From a virus, in the IMG/VR virus record IMGVR_UViG_3300042373_001362, positions 84,356 through 148,355 of that record: a stretch of DNA of 64,000 nucleotides. One strand, 5' to 3'. The notes below the pieces were generated by a model. It ran no database searches. It saw only the letters and a list, made by a program, of their open reading frames with translations, and had not been told where the DNA came from. Numbering within the stretch: position 1 is the first letter of the stretch; each line of letters opens with the position of its first letter. Positions 1-10,456 of the stretch are shown one piece after another. The position numbers were made by a program, and so were the translations under genes.

Positions 1-214
1 GGCTGGTTGATAGGGTTGGGTCGTTTCTGGGAAGAAGCGCTTCTCGTAGAATGGGTGAAAAAATAAACTCTTCTTATAGAGATAGTTACTCTGAAAATAA
101 CAGAATAAACAGAAGAGTAAAGTCTCTTATCGGAATTGAAGAAATAGACCTAAGCCACTATCCAGTACCTGAAAGAATGAATATTTCTGGCATTGAGAGA
201 ACTAGGAGAATCTG

Positions 215-1369
215 ATGACCAAGAAGCAAAGGTTCAGAGCTCCAAGGTTTGATAAGGCTGATGCCGAAAAGCTTGCAGCATCCATAGGATGTTCAGGAGC
301 CCATCAGGATTCCGAAGGTAAATGGCTCCCCTGTGCATCAGAAGAAGAAATGCAGCGTCTTTCTAATGAGGCCGAACCAGAAAAAAAACCAGTTGGCTTT
401 TATGACAAAAAAGAAGGAAAGCCAAAAAGAAAAAAGCGTGGGAAAAGAAAACGCTATGTAAATGATGAATGGGAAAATCTAAGGCAACGCGCACCTCTTG
501 GTTTTGACAGTCTTCCAGGTGGTGGCATTGTGTCTGGAAATAACCCTCCGATTCCTGCAGTTGGAGAAACTGTTACAGCTTTTGGTGGTGGAACAATTCC
601 TGGTATAACGAATACTGGAATCAAGTCTGCCCTTGGAGCATCTATTGGAGAAAGAGCTGGTGGCAGTTCTTCTTCTGGAAGTGCGAGAGACGGTGTTGAC
701 AGAGATGGTGACGGAGTAATAAATGACGGCACAGAAGACGAGCGCCCATCTAAAAAGAAAAAACGAGACGAACGTCCAGTGCCTGGAGATGGAGTTGGTC
801 CGCCAAAACCAAAGAACAGAGACGAAATGCCACCAGGGGGCAATGCTGGTCCGCCAAAACCCAAAAACAGAGATAGGCGTCCAGTGCCTGGAGATGGAGT
901 TGGTCCGCCAAAACCAAAGAATCCTCGCCGCAGAGACACTCCGATAAGGCCAATACCTAATGCTCCGTTGCAGGGTAGAGATACACCTGCGAGGCCAATA
1001 CCAAATAGCCCAATTGACAGTAATCGCGATGAAGCGGCAAGGCCTTATAACAAGGGCAAGTCAGAGAGTGTAGAAGACGTCGAGACCAAAGCAAGACAGA
1101 TGGTTGGTCCTGAGTACGTTAGAGACAATGACCCAGACGTGTTTATAGACCCAGAGTCTGCAAGGTTTCGCTCTAGGCAGCTTGGGTGTATAGGAATTTC
1201 TAGAAGAATATCTAAAACAGGTAGAGCCGTGTGGATGCCTTGCACAAACATGAGCGATTATTCAAGAGTTTCTGGCTCAACATCTCTCGGCAGAAGAGGC
1301 CAAAGAAGAGAGATGGAAAACACGGTTAGAACGATTGTGTCAAGAGAACTTAGAAAAAACAAGAAGTAA
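215..1369 (+). CDS. Hypothetical protein with Pro/Lys-rich repeats, immediately upstream of the capsid gene
   Basis: 384-aa ORF after an AGGAG SD; repeated RPVPGDGVGPPKPKN units and a DRDGDGVINDGT motif. Confidence 0.7.
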   Translation: MTKKQRFRAPRFDKADAEKLAASIGCSGAHQDSEGKWLPCASEEEMQRLSNEAEPEKKPVGFYDKKEGKPKRKKRGKRKRYVNDEWENLRQRAPLGFDSLPGGGIVSGNNPPIPAVGETVTAFGGGTIPGITNTGIKSALGASIGERAGGSSSSGSARDGVDRDGDGVINDGTEDERPSKKKKRDERPVPGDGVGPPKPKNRDEMPPGGNAGPPKPKNRDRRPVPGDGVGPPKPKNPRRRDTPIRPIPNAPLQGRDTPARPIPNSPIDSNRDEAARPYNKGKSESVEDVETKARQMVGPEYVRDNDPDVFIDPESARFRSRQLGCIGISRRISKTGRAVWMPCTNMSDYSRVSGSTSLGRRGQRREMENTVRTIVSRELRKNKK

Positions 1370-1532
1370 CATTTTTATTGTTCGTATAAATATTTACGCA
1401 CAATAGTTACTAAATATTGTTAGTTCCACTATTGATGGTAAATCTCTGTTATTTTTGATAGTTAAGGGCTGGGTGCTCACCTAAGTCGCAGTTAACCATC
1501 CATTATCAATCTCACAAAGAAGTAGGAAAATC

Positions 1533-2900
1533 ATGTCGGAAGACACTTCAAGAATCAAGGAACTGCAGAGCGCACTCCGCGTCAAAATGGCAGACAACAA
1601 GGCTATCGCCGATTCATTCAGAATCGAAGATGGCGCTGTGGTCGTCTCTGCAGAGCAAAAGACTGCGTTCGATAAGAACATGCAGGACATCAAAGAAATC
1701 AAGAGCCTCATTGAGGGTCTTGAGACCATGGGCGGCGTAAGCAGCTGGTCATCTGAGCCACAGGAAACTGTTTCTGGTGCATTTGCAGCAGCACAGAATG
1801 ACATCAAGCAACTTTCTTCACGCGAAATCAAGAGCATCGGTGAAATGTTCCTCGACTCAGCAGAATTCAAGGCACTTAATGGTGGCAAGAATGGCGCAAA
1901 CATGGCAGCAGCATGGCAGGCAGGCGTTTCGCTTACCGGCTTCAACGTCAAGGACGTTTACTCAGCACTTCCAAGCGGCACAATGGGCCGTGGTGCAGAC
2001 GCAGTATTCGGTTCAATTCAGCGCGATGCGCTGGTAACTCCTCCAATGCGCACAAAGCGCGTTCGTGACTTGTTCCCAGTTCGCACCACAACCGCTGCAG
2101 TTATCGAATACTTCCGCCAAATCGGTTTCACGACCTTGGCAGCACCTGGTGTTACCAACTCCACATATTCGACCAACAACGCTGCAGCTCCAGTTGCAGA
2201 GCGTGACGGCGGAGCATTCGGCATCAAGCCACAGTCAGCATTCCAGTTCGTCGGCGAGCAGTCGCCAGTGCGTACGCTTGCTCACTGGGAAGCTGCACAC
2301 CGCAATGTTCTCGCAGACGAGCCACAGCTTCGTAGCATCATCGACAACGAGTTGATGTACGGTCTTCGCCTCCTTGAAGACTCACAAATCCTCAACGGTG
2401 ACGGTACCGGCGAAAACTTGCTCGGCGTTTTGAACACACCTGGCATCCAGGAGTACGCATGGTCAGACGGCGCTGTATCTCCAGTTCCCGACACCAAGGC
2501 TGATGCACTTCGTCGCGCTGCAACTCTCTCGTTCCTCGCATACTACGAGCCAACCGGCATCGTGTTGCACCCGAACGATTGGGAAGACATCGAATTGACC
2601 AAGGACTCACAAGGTCAGTACCTCATCGCAGTTTCGGTTGCAATGGGTGGCGAGCCAAAGGTTTGGCGCATGCCAATCGTGGACACTCCTGCAATGCAAG
2701 AGGGAACAGCTTTGGTTGGTGCTTTCGGTACCGGCGCTCAGTTGTACGACCGCGAGCAAGCAAGCATCCGCATCTCAGAGCAGCACTCGGACTTCTTCGT
2801 GCGCAACGCAATTGTCATCTTGGCCGAGCAGCGCCTCGCCCTTGCTGTCAAGCGCCCAGAAGCATTCGTGACTGTCGACTTTGACGGTGCACCTAGCTGA
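1533..2900 (+). CDS. Major capsid protein, HK97 fold
   Basis: 455 aa with HK97-like segments (LADEPQLRSIIDNEL; DSQILNGDGTGENLLG; FVRNAIVILAEQRLALAVKRPEAF); AGGA SD; downstream terminator. Confidence 0.93.
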   Translation: MSEDTSRIKELQSALRVKMADNKAIADSFRIEDGAVVVSAEQKTAFDKNMQDIKEIKSLIEGLETMGGVSSWSSEPQETVSGAFAAAQNDIKQLSSREIKSIGEMFLDSAEFKALNGGKNGANMAAAWQAGVSLTGFNVKDVYSALPSGTMGRGADAVFGSIQRDALVTPPMRTKRVRDLFPVRTTTAAVIEYFRQIGFTTLAAPGVTNSTYSTNNAAAPVAERDGGAFGIKPQSAFQFVGEQSPVRTLAHWEAAHRNVLADEPQLRSIIDNELMYGLRLLEDSQILNGDGTGENLLGVLNTPGIQEYAWSDGAVSPVPDTKADALRRAATLSFLAYYEPTGIVLHPNDWEDIELTKDSQGQYLIAVSVAMGGEPKVWRMPIVDTPAMQEGTALVGAFGTGAQLYDREQASIRISEQHSDFFVRNAIVILAEQRLALAVKRPEAFVTVDFDGAPS

Positions 2901-2923
2901 TAGCTAGTTAATAGCAAAGATGT

Positions 2924-2957
2924 AAGCCCCCTGCAGAAATGTGGGGGGCTTCTTCTA
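2924..2957 (+). terminator. Intrinsic terminator after the capsid gene
   Basis: AAGCCCCC..GGGGGCTT stem followed by a T-rich tail. Confidence 0.75.
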
Positions 2958-2999
2958 TTATTGGATGATGTAGAATATAAAAAACAAAAAGGTGCACCA

Positions 3000-3662
3000 A
3001 TGAACGAAGAAGAAATATTCGAAAGTCTTTTAAAGATTGAAAAAAACATCGTCGTAAAAGATGATTTTTTTGATGTCGAATTTCCTGAGTGGGGTGAAGA
3101 CTATTCAGATGAAGCGCTATTCGGTGATGGAATCTCTTCCAAGTCTGCAAAGCTAAAAGACCCCAAGGGTGGACTTACTGCGGCAGGAAGAAAGCACTTC
3201 AAGAGAACGCAGGGAGCAAACCTCAAGCCTGGAGTAAAAGGTGCTGCCGACACTCCCGAGAAGATGAGACGTAAGGGTTCTTTCCTTACCCGCTTCTTTA
3301 CCAACCCATCTGGCCCAATGGTCGACGAAAAAGGAAGAGCAACGAGACTGGCTTTATCAGCAGCAGCGTGGGGCGAAAGAGTTCCCAAGAATGCAGAAGA
3401 TGCAGCAGCACTTGCAGCAAAAGGTCGCAGACTTCTTGAAAGATACGAAAATACAAAGAAAAAGAAAAAAGACGCTTTCGATGACGTTAAAACAAAGTCA
3501 AAGAAAAAGCCAGCATTCTGGGAGCAGCCTTCACCATCAAAAGGGAAGACTTCTAAGCTGACAGATTCTCAAAAGAAAAAAGCTAAAGCTCGTGCCAAGG
3601 CAGCCGGTCGTCCATATCCAAACCTTGTAGACAATGCATGGGCAGTTAAGCAGAAGCCATGA
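3000..3662 (+). CDS. Basic phage protein (DUF6321-like)
   Basis: KDPKGGLTAAGRKHF...NLKPGV...RRKGSF segment recalled from phage head-region proteins; start placed at ATG 3000. Confidence 0.55.
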   Translation: MNEEEIFESLLKIEKNIVVKDDFFDVEFPEWGEDYSDEALFGDGISSKSAKLKDPKGGLTAAGRKHFKRTQGANLKPGVKGAADTPEKMRRKGSFLTRFFTNPSGPMVDEKGRATRLALSAAAWGERVPKNAEDAAALAAKGRRLLERYENTKKKKKDAFDDVKTKSKKKPAFWEQPSPSKGKTSKLTDSQKKKAKARAKAAGRPYPNLVDNAWAVKQKP

Positions 3663-4069
3663 GTCAGAGATTTTGGTACGGAGCAACTGTCCTAAACGTC
3701 GTTGATGGTGACACTATTGACTTAATGATTGACCTTGGATTCAATGTTCATCACAAAATCAGGGTGAGACTTTATGGAGTCAACACTCCAGAATCAAGAA
3801 CAAAAGATTTGAAAGAAAAAGAGCTAGGTCTAAAGGCTAAGGAATTTACAAAAGACTGGCTATCTAAGCATCAGTGGGTATACGTAAATACAATTCCCGA
3901 CAAGAACGATAAGTACGGCCGTGTACTTGCAAAAATATACACAGATGAAGAAATAGCGCGCCCAGAAGTAGCTTGCCTCAATGAAGACATTATTGAGTCT
4001 GGTTACGCTCGTCAGTACTTTGGCGTTGGCGATAAAACTTGGTCAGAATTCAAGAAGGAAACAAAATAG
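3659..4069 (+). CDS. Thermonuclease (SNase-like)
   Basis: VVDGDTID, RVRLYGVNTPE and DKYGRVLA motifs. Confidence 0.9.
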   Translation: MSQRFWYGATVLNVVDGDTIDLMIDLGFNVHHKIRVRLYGVNTPESRTKDLKEKELGLKAKEFTKDWLSKHQWVYVNTIPDKNDKYGRVLAKIYTDEEIARPEVACLNEDIIESGYARQYFGVGDKTWSEFKKETK

Positions 4070-4071
4070 CC

Positions 4072-4437
4072 ATGTCTGAAGAAAAATCAATTATAGAACT
4101 CCTGATGGCTGGAATGCCTGTAAGAATTGTCAACAGGCCAGAGCCCCCAAAACACTTTCTTCAACCAGAAGAAAAAGAACTTGCTGAATCTTTAGTAAAG
4201 ATTGCAGAAAAGTATGGAAAGTTCAACGAGGACGGAAAAGGCATCTGGGCTGGGTACAAGCCAGCATCCAGTAATCAAAAAGCCAGAATAGGCGTTAAGT
4301 GCGAAAACTGTGTCCTATACGCAGGCGGCGGGCAATGCCGCATAATCCTTCAGACTGTTGAGCCTGAAGGAAAATGCAGATTTGCAGTTATCCCTGATGG
4401 CGTTGTTCAAGTAGCTATGGGTGGCCCGACTACTTAA
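4072..4437 (+). CDS. Small Cys-rich protein with a HiPIP-like motif
   Basis: Y..CENCVLY..GQC..V.PEGKC, four Cys. Confidence 0.4.
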   Translation: MSEEKSIIELLMAGMPVRIVNRPEPPKHFLQPEEKELAESLVKIAEKYGKFNEDGKGIWAGYKPASSNQKARIGVKCENCVLYAGGGQCRIILQTVEPEGKCRFAVIPDGVVQVAMGGPTT

Positions 4438-6370
4438 TCGGACATGCGCCAGTAGCGCAGTCATCCATGTCCATTTCACCGATTCCCTTTGGAACGTAAA
4501 GAGGAACAGTGAAATCAACCTTGCTAAGAAGCTTTTCGTATGCTTCTTTTGTGATTTCCTCATATGGAGCCAAAGCAAAGTTGTGGTCCGAATGGAGAAG
4601 GAAAGATACGGACTTAACTGAGTTGTCGTAATTCTTCTCAAGCCATTCTTTAATCAATGGAAGCTCTTCTTTGCGGTAATAGACGGTCACCGAAACAGCA
4701 TTGTCTGCCCATTCAGTTTGCATCTTCTTTACCCACTCAAGCTGTTCTACTGCTGTCATGTCTTTTGCGAGAACCGCATTCTCTGGAGACTCACAGGGGA
4801 ACTCAACCACGTAGCGAGTGTGGTCTTCGCGTCCATCAAGACCCATGTCCCATTGAACTTTGTATCCACGCTTACGGCATGCCTCAACCAATGGGTCAGC
4901 AGAGCCAAAACGCACTCTACGGATGTAGTGGCGAGCATACGCTGGGTGAATTCCCGGAGCAATGCCAGGGAGAAGAGACAGGGTTCCAGAAGGCTGGACA
5001 GTAGTAAGCCTCACCGACTTAGGGAATGAGTTCTCCTTGGAGTAGGACTCGTCAAATTCTCTAAGATGCTTGTAAGCCTCATCAAGCCACGAAACTTGCT
5101 CTTCAGATGCTTGAAGCACTCCTGTGATTGACTGACCAAGACGAGCATTCTGACGAACGATTGCCGTGGTCTTCTCGTATGGGTAATTCATTCTGGTGAT
5201 TTGCTTTTGAACCTTGTACAGAAGCGTGCTGATTTCCTTGAACTGCTTAAGCGACTCAATGTTCGGAAGGAATATTGTTGCCAAGTTGCAAGACTCGCCA
5301 TCACCTAGCGCTATTTCTGCGCAAGGGTTAAATCCTTCGATTGAGTTATCCAGTCGCTTCTCTCCAAGACGGCCAGTGGTACGAGCCAAACGACGATTAA
5401 GAAGGCCGTATGGCTCTCCTGAGCCGTCATAGCCCTTCCACAGTTCGGACATAATCTCATCAAAATGGTCAGCGTAAATACTGTTGTTCGAGTTGGCTCT
5501 CCATGCAGGAACATTTCCCGATGCCCAGTTCTTTGCACGAAGGAAAAGAACGTCATCTGGGTCACCCATTGCTATTTGCGCCGACCGCCTAGACGAGCCG
5601 GAAACAACAATGCGACCAATAATGTTACAAATATCCAGAACATCAATAGACCTCAATTTCTTTCCTGCGCGGTTCTCCAGAACCTTGCAGATGTCTTCAA
5701 TACCGTCAACGAGCGCGCCAGGTCCGCTTGCTGTTCCACCAAACGTCTTGAGTGGTGCTCCAAATTCGCGAATCAAAATTGTGGAGTAAGAGAACGACTT
5801 GCCGGTATCAAAGTATGAACGAAGAACACTATGCAACAGGCGACGCCATCCTTGACGTGAGTCTGGAACAATGATGTCTGCATCGTTGCTGCGTTCGTGA
5901 GTGATTGATACACCGGTCTTTACTTTTGGAAGTTCGTGAATCTTGGAACGCTCTACAGAAAAACCAACGCCTCCACCAAGCATGAGGTAGTCAAACAAAA
6001 GCTCAAAGTCCTCAATCTTCTCAATGTTCGTGAAGTAACAGTTATTAAGAGAAGTTGCGTTGTACTTTTCTACTAATGGCGTTCCGAGTTGCCATAAAGA
6101 CCTGCCCGAAAAAGAACAACGCAAGTTAAAACAGTGGTCGAATAAAGTCTCAGCTTCATCTTTTGTGAACGGTACGCCAATGTCAATAGCACCATTAATA
6201 ACACGCTGGAGTGTTTCTGCCCACGTCTCATTATCGCCATTCTCTTTCTGTCTGCTGTATGTACGAAGAAATACTATTTCTCCAAGACCGTTGAATCCCC
6301 AAGGGGCTTGTTTCATTGCGTAAGAGTCAACAAATGACTGTTCTAAGTGGCTCATTTTCTTCCTGTTCAT
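4430..6370 (-). CDS. nrdJ: Class II (adenosylcobalamin-dependent) ribonucleotide reductase
   Basis: RTYSR, NNC, NPCAEI active site, TTVQPSGTLSLL, C-terminal CATGACPIK. Confidence 0.93.
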   Translation of the reverse strand: MNRKKMSHLEQSFVDSYAMKQAPWGFNGLGEIVFLRTYSRQKENGDNETWAETLQRVINGAIDIGVPFTKDEAETLFDHCFNLRCSFSGRSLWQLGTPLVEKYNATSLNNCYFTNIEKIEDFELLFDYLMLGGGVGFSVERSKIHELPKVKTGVSITHERSNDADIIVPDSRQGWRRLLHSVLRSYFDTGKSFSYSTILIREFGAPLKTFGGTASGPGALVDGIEDICKVLENRAGKKLRSIDVLDICNIIGRIVVSGSSRRSAQIAMGDPDDVLFLRAKNWASGNVPAWRANSNNSIYADHFDEIMSELWKGYDGSGEPYGLLNRRLARTTGRLGEKRLDNSIEGFNPCAEIALGDGESCNLATIFLPNIESLKQFKEISTLLYKVQKQITRMNYPYEKTTAIVRQNARLGQSITGVLQASEEQVSWLDEAYKHLREFDESYSKENSFPKSVRLTTVQPSGTLSLLPGIAPGIHPAYARHYIRRVRFGSADPLVEACRKRGYKVQWDMGLDGREDHTRYVVEFPCESPENAVLAKDMTAVEQLEWVKKMQTEWADNAVSVTVYYRKEELPLIKEWLEKNYDNSVKSVSFLLHSDHNFALAPYEEITKEAYEKLLSKVDFTVPLYVPKGIGEMDMDDCATGACPIK

Positions 6371-6436
6371 TTAGTCACCCATGGTGGTGGGAGTTACTAT
6401 TGTAACCTACAGGAAAATACTAAAAGGGTCTACTAT

Positions 6437-6784
6437 CTACGGAAGTTTTGGTCTTTCAACCAAGCCAAGTTTTTCTGCTTCTCTAAACGGAATGTATTTA
6501 CCTTTTCTGTGCAAAAGAACTTTTGCACGAGTGAAAGGTGTTATTTGTCTCTCTTCAAAAATGTCTTCTTCAACAAGAATTGTTTGTGTGTCAATGATTG
6601 TTTCACTTGAGCCTTGACCAAAAATAACTATTGGTGGACCGGAGTCTCCAGTGCAGTCCCCAGTTTCATGGCCACAAACAATGCATGGCTTTCTATCTGC
6701 TCCAAGAACTGTTACGTCGTTGAAAAGTCTACGAGTGCCGTCCCCATTCATGTATGAATTTTCGTAGAACGCGCTCATGACCAA
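6437..6784 (-). CDS. Hypothetical protein (CxxCxHxxxxC motif)
   Basis: 115-aa ORF in line with nrdJ. Confidence 0.6.
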   Translation of the reverse strand: MVMSAFYENSYMNGDGTRRLFNDVTVLGADRKPCIVCGHETGDCTGDSGPPIVIFGQGSSETIIDTQTILVEEDIFEERQITPFTRAKVLLHRKGKYIPFREAEKLGLVERPKLP

Positions 6785-6792
6785 TTATACCA

Positions 6793-7428
6793 TTAAGGCA
6801 GTTCTTGAATGTAAAACCCGTTGCTATCTATCGCATCACGTAATTCCGTGTAGGCCTCATCTGGGAGCTCTTCGGTAGAGATGGGTTCGGCCAGTGCCTT
6901 GCGAAGCATTTTGGGAAAGCTTGAATTTCTCAACACTTTATCTGCGCTTCCAGGATAGGTTAGAATTTCTCCCCACTCTATTTCATTGTTTTGTAAATAT
7001 TTATAGGGGACAGCGACAAGGTCGCTTAGCATTTTGTCGCCAACTATTGACGCATGGGCTACGGTTATGCACTCCTGGACGTCTTCTTTATTATCGGCAT
7101 AGGCTTTGGCTAGGTCTAGACCTTTGGTTTTTCGCGAATCGGTGGAGCAAAAGCCCTCGGCAACCATAGTTATGTCGGTTACCCCCCAGTACCTTCTCAG
7201 GGCAGTACACAGATGGCCAGACCTGGTTAGCCTTTCGGCGTGCTCTAGGTCCATTATGGGCTTCTTCATTTGACAGATTATGACAAGAGTGTCCCTGTCC
7301 CATCCCATGAAGTTAAAAGTAAGGTCTTCCCCTACTCCAAACTCCTTGACAGACATTTTCTTAGCCAATTGAGCAGAAGTTATCGACAGGGCGATTTTGC
7401 TAAAATTATTGTCGTAACTTGATTCCAC
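6793..7428 (-). CDS. Hypothetical protein
   Basis: 211-aa ORF, tightly packed. Confidence 0.65.
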   Translation of the reverse strand: MESSYDNNFSKIALSITSAQLAKKMSVKEFGVGEDLTFNFMGWDRDTLVIICQMKKPIMDLEHAERLTRSGHLCTALRRYWGVTDITMVAEGFCSTDSRKTKGLDLAKAYADNKEDVQECITVAHASIVGDKMLSDLVAVPYKYLQNNEIEWGEILTYPGSADKVLRNSSFPKMLRKALAEPISTEELPDEAYTELRDAIDSNGFYIQELP

Positions 7429-7498
7429 AGGGCAATAATAATCACAAATTGGTCGTTCCTAGGGGTACTTCCACCGCAGGCCCGCCACATTCGCTATT

Positions 7499-7888
7499 AT
7501 GTCCCCTATGGCAACACAAAAGAAAAAGACAACAGCAAAGAAGGCCCCTGCAAAGAAGGCCGCCCCTAAGAAGAGCACGGCAAAAAAGGCCCCCGCTAAA
7601 AAGGCTCCTGCAAAGAAGAGCCCTGCGAAAAAAGCCCCTGCCCCCAAAACACCTTCTGTTGTCAATGTTACGAGCACAACAACAACCTCCGGTACGCCCG
7701 ACTTTAAGGTGTCGTTTCAGACTGCACCAATTCATGAGGCGATTGACAAGACTGTCGAAAATGCAACAGTCGTAATTAACGACATTGTGGACAGCGTTGA
7801 AGAAATGGTGTCTACCCTTGACTCAGCACTTCCGGAGAGCATTAAGAAGACATCGTTCTTCAAGAGGATTTTCCGTCGTAAGAAGTAG
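7499..7888 (+). CDS. Histone-like Lys/Ala-rich protein
   Basis: Repeated AKKAPAKK units as in actinobacterial histone-like tails. Confidence 0.65.
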   Translation: MSPMATQKKKTTAKKAPAKKAAPKKSTAKKAPAKKAPAKKSPAKKAPAPKTPSVVNVTSTTTTSGTPDFKVSFQTAPIHEAIDKTVENATVVINDIVDSVEEMVSTLDSALPESIKKTSFFKRIFRRKK

Positions 7889-7894
7889 TCATAA

Positions 7895-8302
7895 ATGACT
7901 ACAGAACACCGCAAGGCCCCAAGAAAAAAAATCATATCTGTAACCAGAGTTGGTGAATGGGGCAATGTTCGCTATGACCACCTTCTTTCCTGTGGACACA
8001 TAGAGTCGAGACCAAGAGAAGCTGACACCAAAACGAATACCCTCGCTTGTGCATGGTGTTTTAAGTCGGTGAATATGGGTAGGGAACTTATGAAGCTCGG
8101 TTCATCGACAGTTCTCTATGAAGAGGACTCTTCAAGTTCGGAATCTCGAATAAACAGCATCAAGGCTTCTATCGCCGCAAAGTTCAATGTTCCACTCGAT
8201 TCTGTTGATGTAGTTTCAACTGTGGATAACGCTGAATTGAAAATTCAGTACGCAACGGTATTTCTTTCTTCTATTGACGTTGGTAGGATTACAAACACCT
8301 AG
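7895..8302 (+). CDS. Hypothetical protein (possible Zn-binding)
   Basis: LSCGH..CAWC, 135 aa. Confidence 0.6.
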   Translation: MTTEHRKAPRKKIISVTRVGEWGNVRYDHLLSCGHIESRPREADTKTNTLACAWCFKSVNMGRELMKLGSSTVLYEEDSSSSESRINSIKASIAAKFNVPLDSVDVVSTVDNAELKIQYATVFLSSIDVGRITNT

Positions 8303-8320
8303 CCACTAACGGAGGAATAA

Positions 8321-8680
8321 ATGGCCGACAAGTTCGATGAAGCCCCACGGGATGGAAACTGCAAAGGCCATGACACAAATATGTGGTTTCCCGTTTTTGG
8401 ACCTTCGCCCACTAGGGAAGAACGAAAAACAAACGAGAGAAACACTGCGCAGGCTTTAATTATCTGTGGTTCTTGCGCAAAGACTGAACACTGTCTAGAG
8501 TATTCGCTACGCCACGAGCCCTATGGGATTTGGGGTGGAAAAACAGAGTTACAGCGTGCAAAACTGAGAGCAATTAGAAGCATAAGGCTCTCGCGCGACG
8601 CAAGAATATTTTTTCCAGGGATAGGGACAAGGAATGCCAACGGAGACTTCACCGGATGGCGTGAAATGGAAACAGAGTGA
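8321..8680 (+). CDS. whiB: WhiB-family transcription factor
   Basis: C..WFP..CGSC..C..YGIWGG..R pattern. Confidence 0.9.
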   Translation: MADKFDEAPRDGNCKGHDTNMWFPVFGPSPTREERKTNERNTAQALIICGSCAKTEHCLEYSLRHEPYGIWGGKTELQRAKLRAIRSIRLSRDARIFFPGIGTRNANGDFTGWREMETE

Positions 8681-10443
8681 GTCAACCTAAATATCCACAC
8701 ACCCAAGAATTTCTATCTCGTCTTGTCGGTGTAAGAGACACATCTGCAGGATGGGAAGCCAGATGTCCATGCAGAGACGACGACAGAAATCCGTCTTTGT
8801 CGGTGGCAGAGGACGAAAATGGTACGGTCCTTGTTCACTGTCACAGAGGTAATGGGTGTGGCGTAGACAAAATATGTTCTTCCGTTGGGCTTAAACCAGC
8901 AGACCTCTATCCTGTCAAGATAGAAAAGAAAGAACGCCCACAAGAAAAGGAAAAGCTCACTCTTGTAAAAGAGTATGACTACCTTGACAAAGATGGGAAC
9001 CTGCTGTTCCAGAAGCTACGGTACGTGAATCAGTGGGGAGTAAAAACCTTTAGACAAAGAAAACCATTGCCAAATGGCGATTGGGCTTACTCGTTGGGCG
9101 ACACTCCTAAAGTTTTATATAACTTGCCCTACATTGCGCAGGCAATAGAAGCGAACGTACCAATCTGGTTGGTCGAGGGTGAAAAAGATGCAGACACACT
9201 CATGGATATGGGTATTGTCGCAACTACAGCTCCGGGTGGTGCTGGTAAATGGCTTGACATAAATACAGAATCACTCGCTGGCGCAACTGTTGAGATTGTT
9301 GCCGACAATGATTCAGTGGGTAAAGCCCACGCAATAATGGTTTGTGACCAGCTTAAAAAGGCTGGATGCACTGCAACCATATTCATAAGCCCTTTTGCAA
9401 AAGACGTAACAGACCATATAGAGGCTGGATACTCTCTTGATGAGCTTGAATACTTTGACCCATCTGACTTCATTGAAGAAGTAAAAGAGACAGATGAAGT
9501 AATCGAAAAAGAAAAAGACAAGGGTCAAGAAACTCTTGACAGGCTCTCAAAGATTCTCGGCAATGATGAGTTAAATACTCTTCAGAAGATAGTCAAGGCA
9601 TCGACAATCATAAGTTCGTTTTCGCAGGATGAAGCACCAGACCCAGGTCGCCTTGTTGATTGGGAGACGTTCTTAGCAGAGACAGACGATGATACATACG
9701 AATGGATTATCCCTGGCCTTTTGGAAAAGAGCGAAAGAGTAATTGTTGTTGCAGCGGAAGGCGTTGGAAAGACAATGCTTGCTCGACAAATAGCAATTTG
9801 TTCAATGTGGGGAATTCACCCTTTCACATATCAACCAATGGACCAAGTCAGAACTCTGACAATCGACCTTGAGAACCCTGAAAGAATCATCAGGAGAACG
9901 TCCAGAGCAATCGGTAAGGCTGCGGAAAACAGGGCGAAGATGTATCGAAAGGTAAGCTCGCCTACGGGCAGTCTCGTTGTCAAGCCAGACGGACTAGACT
10001 TACTAAAAGCGTCCGACAGGCTAATCATCGAGGAACATATCGAGAAGAAAAAGCCTCAGCTTGTAGTCATGGGTCCTCTGTACAAGGCTTTCGTAGACCC
10101 AGGTGGAAGAACTTCTGAATCCGTTGCTGTCGAAGTAGCAAAATACCTTGACTACATCAGGACAACCTATGGTTGCGCTCTATGGCTTGAGCACCATGCA
10201 CCGCTTGGTCAGAGTATGTCAACAAGAGACCTGCGTCCATTTGGTTCCGCAGTTTGGTCTAGGTGGCCAGAATTCGGCGTATCCCTACAGCCAGACTTTA
10301 CCTCTACCGTTCCCTATGTGTACGATGTGAGACACTTTAGAGGCGCTCGCGATGAGCGCCATTGGCCTACGAAAATCAAGCGTGGCAAAGAATTCCCGTT
10401 TGAGGTGCTTGAATTTGCTAATGTTTCAGGAGAGCATCGATGA
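8677..10443 (+). CDS. DNA primase-helicase (Zn finger, TOPRIM, AAA_25/RepA-like)
   Basis: RCPC..HCHRGNGC; VEGEKDAD; ADND; Walker A AAEGVGKT; PFGSAVW. Confidence 0.88.
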   Translation: MSQPKYPHTQEFLSRLVGVRDTSAGWEARCPCRDDDRNPSLSVAEDENGTVLVHCHRGNGCGVDKICSSVGLKPADLYPVKIEKKERPQEKEKLTLVKEYDYLDKDGNLLFQKLRYVNQWGVKTFRQRKPLPNGDWAYSLGDTPKVLYNLPYIAQAIEANVPIWLVEGEKDADTLMDMGIVATTAPGGAGKWLDINTESLAGATVEIVADNDSVGKAHAIMVCDQLKKAGCTATIFISPFAKDVTDHIEAGYSLDELEYFDPSDFIEEVKETDEVIEKEKDKGQETLDRLSKILGNDELNTLQKIVKASTIISSFSQDEAPDPGRLVDWETFLAETDDDTYEWIIPGLLEKSERVIVVAAEGVGKTMLARQIAICSMWGIHPFTYQPMDQVRTLTIDLENPERIIRRTSRAIGKAAENRAKMYRKVSSPTGSLVVKPDGLDLLKASDRLIIEEHIEKKKPQLVVMGPLYKAFVDPGGRTSESVAVEVAKYLDYIRTTYGCALWLEHHAPLGQSMSTRDLRPFGSAVWSRWPEFGVSLQPDFTSTVPYVYDVRHFRGARDERHWPTKIKRGKEFPFEVLEFANVSGEHR

Positions 10444-10456
10444 ATAGGCGCGCTAA

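Noticed and set aside
1385-1392. T4-type late promoter TATAAATA upstream of the capsid gene
   Set aside because: Single copy in an AT-rich spacer; the capsid is HK97-like and no gp55 was seen
4430-6370. Intein or intron in nrdJ, primase-helicase or SNF2
   Set aside because: Lengths are ordinary and no splice motifs or interruptions were seen
8221-8229. Perfect DnaA box (TGTGGATAA)
   Set aside because: Isolated and inside a CDS; compatible with chance in 64 kb
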